Made by a program: the position numbers and the translations under genes
Part shown: piece by piece, positions 31,741 to 43,502 of the stretch
Layout of the letters: each line of letters opens with the position of its first letter
Position numbering within the stretch: position 1 is the stretch's first letter
DNA from: Chlorokybus atmophyticus
Taxonomy: Eukaryota; Plantae; Mesostigma and Chlorokybus algae
DNA length: 64,000 nucleotides
Direction: 5' to 3'
Assembly (NCBI GenBank): GCA_009103225.1
Contig: RHPI01002504.1
Location: forward strand, 154,220-218,219
The notes under the pieces: model-generated
Seen by the model: the letters and a program-made list of their open reading frames with translations, nothing else
What the model was told of the DNA's origin: nothing
Database searches by the model: none

Positions 31741-32330
31741 TGGCAAACGCACTGAATATTCGTTGGATTTACCGTTTCAGCTTTTTATCGAGTGAATATT
31801 CAAGTGTTTTCGCACATTTTGTGCAATCCCTGCCAAAACGAAATCGCGACATTCACCTATAAATCGCGTGAATATCCACACGATAAATCAATGCCACCTT
31901 TTAAAACCCATATACCTCGTATATTCAATTGAAATCGATTGAATGTTCAAGGCATGCAATTGTGAATGGACACATCATGTGCTCTGCTAAATATTCAGCT
32001 ATACATTGCCTGAACATTCATGAAGGGGCATAAGCTTGTCGCTATAACAGACAGCTTAAACTCACCAAGTCCCAACTGCCCATGAATAATCAATTGATTA
32101 GCTTGTCACACATGTATATTCATAACCTTCATCAGTTTCATGCCACAGATGTGAGTGAACATTCAACACCAATCTGAAACTACGCAATACGATTCACACT
32201 AAGTCCTAGCTTTGAGTGAATTTTCAACACCATTCCAAAATCAAGCAATACGTTTTGCACTAACTCCTAGCTGTGAGTGAATATTCAACCCCACACGAAA
32301 TAAACATATACTCTCATTTTGGCCAAGTCC
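31741..32330. repeat. Left subterminal repeats (GTGAATATTCA-like)
   Basis: gtgaatattcaa, gtgaatatccac, gtgaacattcaac, gtgaattttcaac, gtgaatattcaac. Confidence 0.8.
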
Positions 32331-32499
32331 CGAATGTGATTGAAAACCAAGTAGATTGCACTGCTAATTCCAATATACAGTCTAGTATATGTCAAAGCCA
32401 GAGTTGCTCAGCAATTCTACACAGCTGGTTTGAGTTGATGGTGGGGGACAGCTCTGATATGGACTACAGCATTGCTATGCTACACACCACCTGCTACTA

Positions 32500-35400
32500 C
32501 TAGCTCAACTCATGTCTTTGCTGTGCTAGCATACTGTCCATGAGTGTTCGCAATCGTCTTCTCAACCTGTCTGCCACTTGAGGATGAAACCAACTCCTTT
32601 GCATCTGCACACAACCACACAGCAATAACATGTGGTTACTAAGCACGTGTCGGCCTACACGACAGTGCCATTGAAGCACCTTCCACTTGTAAACATTGCA
32701 GTGCACATGCATGAACTGTACCTGTTGAAATATCCGTGCGTTTGGGTCAATTGGACCAGCTTGTACCCCATCTATAAACTTGTCAAGATAAAGCATGACA
32801 AACAACCCGCACGCAACTCCATCCTTCTGCTGAGGGACCTGCACAAACATGTGTCAATGCTTGCAAACCAAATGCATGTGCATGCATCCAATCAGTGCTT
32901 GTGACAGAATGCATGCAAACTCATCACTAGTGCAATGCAACGTGTGCTACCTGTGGTACAAGAAGCTGTACGTTTTCGGGAGAGAAGCGTCGTTGTGAGT
33001 CACTTCCATGCTTTCTGCCCCACATGTAGTCAAGGTAAGCGCGCATAGGTCCATCAACGTTGCGATGCAGGCCAAGGGAGTCGAGATGGACGAGTAAAGG
33101 CGGCGTGTCACTTCCAAGTTGGCCTCCAGGATTGCACACAAGCAGCAGACTCCAGTGAGTCCTGTGAACAATCAAAATAATTCCAGTTTGCAAATACAGC
33201 AGCAATTCAGCAAGATATTCTTGGCGCTTATTCTCACCGCGTGTCTGGGTTGACAATCACTCCCAGCAAGTCCTTGGCAAACGGATCACTCTCCCACCTG
33301 TCTATCCTGTGATTGCTCGTGTGCCAGTCATTTTGTCTATGGCAGCGCACGATCTTGGTGTAGAAATGCGGGTGGAACAGCTTCACCTGAATGCCATCTG
33401 CTCTGCCTAAGATTTCCTCTTCCTTGTATCTGCATGTGCATCCCACGTACATATGAGATACACGAATAACACAGACGCAACAAATCACATACCTGCAAAA
33501 GAAGTGGAGGATGGTGTCATTGAGCTCTTGTCTGCCATCCAGCAACCTCCTGTCCGTTTCAAGCACTGGCACCGCATCACGTGCACTTGCACTAGGGTAA
33601 ATGAACAGTGGCTGCGGTGTTGACGGCTGCGGGTTGCTGACTGGATCGTCCAGCACCATGATATCATCATCGCTGCCCACGAGGTCCACAACTGCCGCAG
33701 CCGTCGTGGGTTGCTGATTACAGCCCTCTTCGTCTTCATCGTCAACTTCCATCGTGACTGCCTCTGCAGCCATAAATGGTTCAATTGGGCAAGAACCACA
33801 ACGCAAATCAACAAGCTCAAGCACACAGCAGCTTACCATTGTTAGCCTCATCCCCACTCTCTTCAACGTGTTGAACCCCACTCTGCACAGGTTGTGAAAC
33901 CCTACCGCAACTGCCCGGCAGAGAACGACGAGCAAGGCTCTCCCTTGGGAGCTGCGCTGGAGCACCACCTTCTTCGTACGCAGCGCATCGCGAGCACGTA
34001 ACCTCAACCATGCTACCCACAGCGTGCCGTCGACAGAGGCTGTTTGGACACGTCGCGCAGACTTGAAAAGCTGCTTCGTTGCAGTTCTTCACATGGCACC
34101 TGTGTTTTGGTTCAGTACAAGTGATGATGGTTCTAGGAGTGAAGTTCCTCACAACAAGATGCCAAGCATTTGCTGCAATGAAGTCCACTTACTCATGCCT
34201 TGGGCACTCCCAATATTCATCCTCCACAGGTGGCATAGAGACACAGTGCGCGTGGTAGCTTTTCCAGCAACCTTCCACATCGCAGCCAGATATGGTGCCC
34301 CCATCCTTGCAGACAAAGCAGTAGTCTTCATGTTCCCGATGTTCCAACGCATCCAGCTCCAGTCTCGGTCTCATCCTGTGAACAAAGGTTCAGTGGCCAG
34401 GTCTACAGTCTCACAGTAGGGATATGAGGCATCACAATCGCAAACAGTACCTCTTGTACTCAAAATGCCAGTCGCGGCGTGTGGTCCATGACACCTCGCT
34501 CGAGGCGCTATTGGTTTCGCTTTGGGCACCCTGCACCAAGTACACAAGATGGTTGTATGTGATGCCAAAACCCAGGATATATGAGGACATCCAGATTCTA
34601 ATGGACAACGTTGTTAACTCTCCTCTTACCGGAGTGTCCCGGTGCATGCCTCGACGCATGAGACTGCGCCTGTCTTTAACAAGCGCTACTGTTACTTTGT
34701 TGTCATGGGGATCAATTCCCTCAAACCACTGGCCCTTGACCTGCCAGCAAGAAGGGATATTCATCAGCCATTTTCATACTACTATTTCAATTTACTATCA
34801 TCACACCAAGCACACGCCAAAACGATTGCAACACAGCCACTTACCAGGTTGCAATCAAGGTAGGTTTGTTCTGCAAAGCGGGGCTTGTCTTTTCTTAGGA
34901 TTGCAAATCCTCCACTGTGCTGGACTTGGTTGCTCATGTACCACCTAGCTCTGAGCAGCTGGTGCTCCCGACCAGCTATCACCACAACATCAAAGGATTG
35001 CACCCTGCCATACCAATGGATCTTCTTGGTTGGGTCATCTGAGTCACGCCCAACGGTAAACACGCCACAGTCCATGGTGCGGAGTTTCTTCTCCATTTCC
35101 TCTGCTCTGAACTGACCGATGTCCTTGTAGCGTGCTCTGAAGTATCGCTTGATGTACTTTGGAAAGATTGGACCGCTCAACAGCTCCATCTCGTGCTTTG
35201 TAAGCTCCCTAGCAGGTCCACGCCAGTGATGCAGCTCAGTCATATGCTCCATATCCTTTGCCACGACATGTCCTTGTGTTTGAGCCCTTTCCCTTGCCAT
35301 CCTGCGTTTGTTCACCTCCCGACTGAACTCTCTGTGTAGCAGCAACCCATAAATAAATCATACTGTCTGGGCGTTGGACATCACGTACAAAACAGCAACT

Positions 35401-38400
35401 CCCAAAGCAACTTACTCTTTTAACAGCCTGTATTCATCGTCATTCTCAGCCAACCACCACTCGAGCTCCTGCCTTGTCTTACTATCTTTATCCCCAACCT
35501 CAATACGGTGTCTCCGTCCGCAGAGCACATAGTTGTCATCATCTCGTTGCTTGCCCGATCGCAAACTGATGTCGGAGAAAAGTCGCTTCAAGGTGTCCAT
35601 GTAAGTGTTCAGCATGAGCTGGATAGAGTATCTGCAGATGCAACTGGCACTTGAACAAGGCAAACAATGTGGAAAGTTTGCACGTAACTCTCAGTGGGCT
35701 CACACAAAACTTGCCTTTTGCAGATGCTTGCTTCCACATGCTGCCTTGCAAATATCATGCGCTTCACCCACTGCATAAAGCGTTCATGTGCCCACTCCCA
35801 GTGGTCACGCGTCGGACCAAGCCACATGCACTGCTCTGGTAGATGGCCAAGGAGGTGCAGCATCATTGTGAGAGAAGTTCGCGGGAAGAACAGCTCCACT
35901 TCAGACTGTGCCTCATGCACCAGCACCTGCACTAAGTAATGAGCTATGCATGCCATAAGAGCTGGGCATGCAGAGTAAAGTGTTATTAAAGCCAACCTTC
36001 AATTCTTCGAGGTGTGACTGCTTTACTTCCAATGCAGTCAGCCGTTGATAGATGTCGCATAGTTTGAAGATGGTTCCCTTCTGATCTTCTCCAATGTCGT
36101 GTGCAGAGCGCAGCACGTACTGAAAAACGACCGACCATAAGTTGTGCTTGTCGTGCGATTTCATCGAGCCTGCATGCTCCATGTTAAAAGCTCCATGCAT
36201 GGAGAATCACTGCTTTAGCGTAAACACAAAACATATAACGGCTATCTCACCTAAATGCTTTGTGAAAAACTGCAGTTTCGAGCCGAAAATGCTTGAAACC
36301 CTCACGCCGGAGAGCAATAGCTCAATCAGTCCTACATCTGTGATTGTCCATGGAGCCTGGGGTTTTACCTTGACTGCGACTTCCTTTCCATCCTTCATCT
36401 TCATCTTTGTCTGCAGCACATAGGTTCAAGTCCTTGGTTAAATCCAACTATGGCACATGTTAACGAGGCCGACTACATACGTACTTCTAGCCAGAGTTCA
36501 GGCATGCGGCCTTGCTGCTGCAGATCTTCTCGTGATTCGATGCTGTCGCGCAAGCCAGCTAGGAGATTTGCAAAGTTGGTTGCCAGGTTGGCAAAAATGT
36601 GCATAGGGCCAACCACATGACCTTTGACAGATTTTTGTAACGGTAGCCAATATGGAAGGTCGTGAAAACAGCTCAGTCCAAGGATGCCGGAGGTCTTTAA
36701 AGGATGCCTCTTGGAGTGTAGTGGACGCTTGCTGTTGCGAGATGTCATAGCATACCTGATCACATGGCATCCATTGCTGACATACCTATGTTCTGCAACC
36801 GAATGCGCGATCAACTGAGATTGCTCACCTGTACACGCTCTCTGCAGTTCGCCTGGGTGGTGGAGGTCTGTGTTCTGGTTGCGGCCAACGCTCATCAACT
36901 CTGTAAGGATGGTCATCCGGTAGGTACCGGCGGTGGCCTTGATAGATCACCTTTTTGAGAAGTTCCACATGTTCTCCACTGCACTCACACTTTGAACAGC
37001 CAAAGATGGCTCCATGCGCCATCTGCAAGGCAGCTTTTGCCAGAGCTGCGCAACCAACATGATGTACTTCAGTAGCCACAACCATGGTTGTAAGGACAGT
37101 CCAATATACAGATACAGTCAGACACTGATAACAGTAAGTGCAAACACTGCTGCTGCTTGCGTACCTGGGCAATCATGGATTACAATCTCCAGAATAGATC
37201 TGCAACGGAAAACTGCGTCGCGGTGGCTGTCATATATGTTTATACCTACAACAAATGCTAGCAGATTACATGCCTCAGTCATGCGCATTTGTCAAGCATG
37301 ACTGCAGTAATGGAAGCTGCTTATCCTATCTGCGTTGAAACCATACCTTCCCAGAGATCTCCCAACTGGACAATAATTGGCTTGAGATAAGCCTGTAGAT
37401 TCTCTGGCTGTTTGGGTCCAGGGATTACAGCAGCTAGAAATGTAGTGTCTGTCTTGTGCATCTTGGCAATGGGCAGGTTCAACACTGAGATTGTGACAAC
37501 CCAAAACTCATAGTTTCCTGCAACTCAACAAACCCTTTGCTGCCATTCGTACAGTTACACTGCAACGAGCATACAGGAAGAAAAATGATCTTTTATACCT
37601 TTGTGCGGATCTTTGAACGGGCTCATCCCGTCGATGAACATCGCTAGGCGCACATTGCGTGGTTCTTTGGCAAACCGGCTGTAGCGTTGTTCAGTGTCCT
37701 TGAACATTGGCGAGTCTGACAGCAGCAAGTACACCAAGGGCTTACGACCAACTGCCCCAGCCCCACAACACATTCAAACATGCATACAATCGCAAGGCTG
37801 GATACTGAGGTCTTACATACCGCCCCAGCACCTCGCCGACACACAAACAAACACAGGCAAGGACACCGAGGTCTTACATGCCGCCTCAGCGCCACGCCGA
37901 CACACAAACAAACACAGGCAAGGACACCGAGGTCTTACATGCCGCCTCAGCGCCACGCCGACACACAAACAAACACAGGCAAGGACACCGAGGTCTTACA
38001 TGCCGCCTCAGCGCCACGCCGACACACAAACAAACACAGGCAAGGACACCGAGGTCTTACATGCCGCCTCAGCGCCACGCCGACACACAAACAAACACAG
38101 GCAAGGACACCGAGGTCTTACATGCCGCCTCAGCGCCACGCCGACACACAAACAAACACAGGCAAGGACACCGAGGTCTTACATGCCGCCTCAGCGCCAC
38201 GCCGACACACAAACAAACACAGGCAAGGACACCGAGGTCTTACATGCCGCCTCAGCGCCACGCCGACACACAAACAAACACAGGCAAGGACACCGAGGTC
38301 TTACATGCCGCCTCAGCGCCACGCCGACACACAAACAAACACAGGCAAGGATACTGAGGTCTTACATACCGCCCCAGCACCTCGCCGACACACAAACAAA

Positions 38401-40067
38401 CACAGGCAAGGACACCGAGGTCTTACATGCCGCCTCAGCGCCACGCCGACACACAAACAAACACAGGCAAGGACACCGAGGTCTTACATGCCGCCTCAGC
38501 GCCACGCACACAAAAGCACAAGGCACGGACACTGAGGGCTTGCATTGGACTGCCCCAGCCGCTCACCAACACAATCATGCACACAGTCGTGCCTCATTTA
38601 CCACTGAACTTGGCAATGTTACCGTGTATAGATCGCATAATCCCATCCTGACTTCGATTTGTGTGCGCCATCATCTCCGCAGCAACACTAGGTTTTAGGT
38701 ACAGAGCCCTCAGCGCAGCAGGCACGTCAAAGTAACGCCCAATCTTCCATGCAACTTGTCTACCTCCTATGTTGCGGTAGCGAGGGGCCTTGCAGACTGC
38801 ATAAGCAAGTCGTATGCTGATGGGACATGCTAATCAAATCCCATTGTAGTGAACATTTGCAACAATTGCTCACCTTTGCAAAGTATCCTGTTGGCATGTC
38901 GGCCACAATACAACATGTGATCACAGCGACAGGCATCATATGTGTGGAAGCCCATGTTGAGGCCTTCAAGGCATTTCAATAGCTCGTGCATGCTGCCTGG
39001 CATCTTATTCTCCTTAGGCAAGAGGATGCCACGCAACAACCTGGCACACAGAAACACATCAGTTCTGAACAGGCTGATGTTTCAGCAGTCAGCAGTGTAA
39101 TTTGCCCACCAACCTGAGCAGTTTATTCATGAAATTGAAGGGTATTCGATGTAGCTGCGCCAGAACCAATAGCAGCATGGAAATGCCTAGAGGGGTTGTA
39201 CGAGAGCCGAAAACAACAGGGTTGCTTGCATTATCCAGCAACGCAGCATTCACCTTGTCAAGTAGCATGGCATCATCAACGCATTTAGCCTCGTCCGGCT
39301 GCGATTCCACATCGGTTTCATAGTCTTGGTCTTCGCCGGCAACATCACCTTGCTCCGCATCACCTTGCTCCGCATCGACTTGCTCAGCAGTGGAGGTGCA
39401 GTGCACTGGCGTCTCAGGCTCTACTTGTCCATTTGTGGATTTGGTTCTGGCACCTTGATGCTCTTGCAATGTAGCATTCTCAATTCCACAAAATGCTGGG
39501 TGAGATCCGCGTTGTTCTCCATAAGCACATTGTCCTTCATGAGCACACGGATTACAACCTGCCAGCTGCAATGAGTCTAGTGGCACATGAACAATGAGAG
39601 GCACAGCATCAGCAATGTCAACATGCCACGCAAGTCAGGTCGTACCTGCTGGTTGCAAGTTGGCTGCAACATTGAAAGGAGATTCAACACTCGGTTGCAA
39701 CGGCGTGCCTGTGTCAACATGTTCAGTAGCGTCGTTCCCAACTAGCAATTGTTCGGTGTCATGGAGAGCTTCACCTGGGGCAAGCCAGATCAATGATCAG
39801 ACAGCCTGTTGTATAGATTCACAGCTGTAGAGAAGTTGCTCTCGTACCTGACGACATGTGTAAGGATGCAGCAGCAACAGCAGCATCAGCTTCTTCAAGT
39901 TCATGGGGTTGTAGTCGATCACGGTATTCAGGAGCAACAGCTTCTGGAGTGCCACACCACATGTTTTTGCCAAAGTTTTCATGATATTCAGCCCTTCTAA
40001 TGTGGTTGTGTGTGAACACTTTGCTCCCTTTGCAGTCGCGGCAAAAACACCTGCGAAAGTAGCTCAT
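32500..40067 (-). CDS. CACTA TnpD-like transposase, predicted to splice in frame to PHD-C5HCH, SIMs and a Ulp1/C48 SUMO protease
   Basis: Exons in order: CFCRDC; LLPKENKMP..YDACRCD; RNVRLAMFIDGMSPF; IPGPKQPENLQAYLKP; IVIHDCPALAK..GCSKC..GHRRYLPDDHPYR; LPYW..GPMH; MKSHDKH; FFPRTSLTMMLHLLGHL..GPTRDHWEWAHERF; WYGRVQ..LLRARWY; YCFVCKDGG..CPRHECHVKNC..CATCPNSLCRRH; ELNDTILHFF, THWSLLLV, HLDSLG, PQQKDGVACGLFV. Start codon is uncertain. Confidence 0.85.
37792..38510. repeat. 61-bp tandem repeat, about 12 copies, in a transposase intron
   Basis: Unit gcaaggacaccgaggtcttacatgccgcctcagcgccacgccgacacacaaacaaacacag; the 61-aa period in the ORF track confirms a 61-nt unit. Confidence 0.97.
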
Positions 40068-40357
40068 GCTACAAACATCAAAAGCAGTCAGCCAACATAC
40101 TGCAAGCAACTTCCAATCAACTTCCATACAGCCAAAGCAAAGACCTGCAGGCACGCTGCCGCCGCTGACACCGCCGCCGTCGCCACCGTCATGCCTGCCT
40201 ACCGTAAATTAAGGGTTTAGGACACATCCAATCCCGATTCAAAACAAGCCAGAAAGTCAATCCGGATATGCTCCACAATTTGCGTACATGCTCCTTTTCT
40301 TCTTCCATCCAGTGCATTAGCTTCTAGGGTTTGTGTGCCAGGTAGCGTGGCGCCAGC

Positions 40358-41985
40358 ATGCGCGGCGTCAAAGTGTGTAGCTTCTGCAAAGCATACTTGG
40401 TTAGGAATGGCAACAACAGACGTCTGCAACAGCATGAAGAGAAGTGCAAGCTGTACAGTGAGCAGTATGGCTTCTATGAAGCCTGCTGGCACCACAAGGC
40501 AAGGGGGGACAATGTGAGGCAATGCAGACTGCTGGCACAATGCATGAGGCCAGATTTCTTTTGGGAGGAGTGCACTTGCCTGCAGTGCTCGCTTTCCAAG
40601 TTTGAGTGGGACGGCGAGCCCATGAATCACCTGCCTTGGGCACGGCCTGGAGCATATCGCGATGGGCAGATGTGCAATGTGGTTCGACGTCAGCTCGTGC
40701 GCAACGGTCGCGGCAAGTCCACTGTAATCGAAGACGATGTCAACAACAGGGTGAGTTGAACTGTCCTTGCAAACAGCAAAACAGCGCTTGCATGCATGAC
40801 CAACTTACTCTTGAATGCCAAAGGGGAACGCGGTTGTCGACGATGTCGCGACACTGGCTGCTTGGCGGAAGGAGATTGTTGATGAGGGGCAGTCTTTGGT
40901 AGCATGCCGCGTTGTGGTGTACTGGCCAGGAATGAGCTCCTGGTATGCAGGCCACATCATCACTTTTGATGCCAACACAGGTATACTGCAGAGTATTTAC
41001 ATGCGCACGCTCATGCAAGCACCGGCTCAGGCAAACATGTGGCTCAGGAAAACATACCATCAAGTACGACGATTTCGTTGAGGACCCACGGCTGCACCAC
41101 ATCTTGATAAAGAACTGGAACATGGCAGCTGTGCGTGAGGGTTACGACGTAATGGTTCGTGTTGGTGGTCAAAGCTGTCTGAAACTGCAAGACTTGCCTG
41201 GTCGAGAGCTCGATCGATGGCCCAAGCCCCCACCCCTTCTGATCACACGCACACCAATAGACTCAAACGGAAGACGTTGCAGGCCGCGCGCACTGGATCT
41301 CTTTTGCGGCGCTGGTGGTGTAGCCATGGGTCTGTACAGGGCAGGGTTTGATGTTGAGGGCATCGACAACAAGCCACAACCGTCATACCCATTCAAGTTC
41401 TGCCAGATGGATGCAATGGACGCTGACCCGACAGCATACGCTGCGGTGTGGGCAAGTCCTCCATGTCAAGCTCTAAGTGGGGCCATTCCCACTACACAGC
41501 GCTCCGCGTACGGCAATCGATGGGAGCACGTCGACCTGATTGACCCCATAAGAGCCAAGTTGCAGTTGAGCGGCAAGCCATGGGTGATAGAGAATGTCGC
41601 AGGCGCATCAGAACACATGACAACTCACCTGAAGCTGTGTGGCACCATGTTCAAGTTGGATGTGTATCGTCATCGCATCTTCGAGACAAACCCTCCACTG
41701 CACTCAGACTTGAAATGCAACCACACTGGTTGTGCACTTGGAGAGCTGGCCACCCACCCGGAGCAGCGCCGGCAGTTGCTACCTGGGGAGAGGCAAATTT
41801 ACCCGGTGTACGGCCAAGCATCCTGCCGTGGCACGATTGCAGGGTGGCAGTCTGCCATGCAGGTGGAGCGGATGGATGCGGAATCGGAAGTCAAGAATGC
41901 CATTCCACCAACTTACTCTGAACATGTAGGCAGGCTGTTGCTGGAAGCAATAGGCTTCACTGTTGATTACCCTCCTTTATACTGA
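40358..41985 (+). CDS. Zn-finger/Tudor/C5 cytosine DNA methyltransferase (phage/bacterial-type catalytic domain), about 495 aa, 3 exons
   Basis: Exons 40358-40750, 40824-40980, 41048-41985 are phase-compatible. CSFC..HEEKC; Tudor LVACRVVVYWPGMSSWYAGHIITFDANT|GKHTIKYDD; MTase motifs I (LDLFCGAGG), IV (ASPPCQ), VI (IENV), VIII (YRHRIFE), X (NAIPPTYSEHVG). Confidence 0.9.
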
Positions 41986-43502
41986 AAGGTAGAGGTAGCT
42001 CTTGATTGCTGGCCACTTTGTTAGCCTGAACTCAAACCCAACAACAGAATGAGCGACCCATAAAGTCAGCAAGAGGTCTTAATCACGAGGATGCCTCTGT
42101 TTGCCAGCACGGGAAAGACTGACCTCCTGGGCAAGGTCTTTTCCAGAGCACCTTCATGCCCTGTTGCGCCGTCCGCCCACCCGAGACTAGACCTCCTGCG
42201 GGTTCACTGCGAACGCAGGGTATGGTCAAACCAAAGCTGACTCGCGAAAGTCATGAACCAGAGGCTCTGAGCATGTGCACAAAGTCTACAGTACGTGACT
42301 TGCGCGAGACGGCTCTGCAGGACCACATCCTGCGTTCGCAGTAAACCCGCAGGAGGTTTTGTGTCGGGTGGGTGGGCGGAGAAGGAGAACTTCTAGGTTG
42401 CTGTGCGCATGCCTTTGGTTGCGTGCAATCTTTGGACACATGCCCGGTTTCAGCGGTTGCCGGGGCCAGTACGAGGGCGTGCCAGTACGAGGGCGGCATG
42501 TCAACAGCAGCAAGAGGTGTTCTCTCGGGTGGGTGGGGGGAGAAGGACTGCCAGCCTGAATTGCCATATCACAAACAGCAACCCAAACCCAGCGGCAGGT
42601 ACAACCGCCGTCCATCCAAAAGCCCTGGAGCAGATCGCGACCAACAAGTTCCATGCAGAGGCTGGAGGTGGTTGAAAAGGTGAAATGCAATCACAGCTAG
42701 TATATGCACGAGAGCGATGCATACCTCATGACTTATCGCGGACTTCTGTTACCACCTCCACTCTACAAGTGCTGTCACACTTACCTGTGCGCCGTGACTG
42801 CATACAAACAGCAGCCAGCAAGGCTCCCAAGGCGGTGCGTTCGCAGTGAACCCGCGTGCAGTCGGGATGATCCTAAGCATACAAGGACAGGCAGATGTGG
42901 GTGATTGCATTTTGCTGCAATCCTTCAACACACACAGATAGGCAGCTAAAGCTAACACACTCTATCCTGTACAAAGACCACGAGATTGTCTTTCCTGTAT
43001 CCTGTCATGTCAAGCTCCTGTCATGTCACCTGGAAGAACACCTCCACTTCCTGCTGGTTAGCAGCGAAAGCAGGTGGCACAGGCAAGAAGGGGGCAAGAA
43101 AGTGAGCAAGAAGGGGGCTTAATCACAGGGTGATGCCCCTACGCTCTGCATACAAAGACAGAATGAGCAAGCAGAGGGCTTATTCACGAGGATGCCTCTG
43201 CATTCAGCATGAGCTCAGACCCGAATCGGGAATGAGAAACAGAGGGCTAAATCTAGAAGATGCCTATGTGTTCAGCTTGAATTAATATATATACTTACAC
43301 ATGAGGTTGGCCCTACGCTGCAAGAACGATAGATTCTGCACAGGCATGGTGAGGTAGCAGAGGCTCCTGCAAACACAACAGCAGCAGATGTTAACGAGAG
43401 CAATACTTGCATCTTTTGCTATTGTACAAGCAGTGTCCATGCGTGTTCCAACCTGCAAAGCTGGTAGTCGTGAAGTGAACAACCTCGAGGTTGCTGTTAC
43501 AG

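Noticed and set aside
37030-37070. Apparent Asp-to-Gly loss of the second catalytic residue (HVGCAALAK in the ORF track)
   Set aside because: That stretch is intron; correct splicing gives IVIHDCP|ALAK with the Asp intact
37694-38698. CRISPR array or repeat-protein ORFs
   Set aside because: Head-to-tail 61-bp units with no unique spacers and no cas genes; intronic
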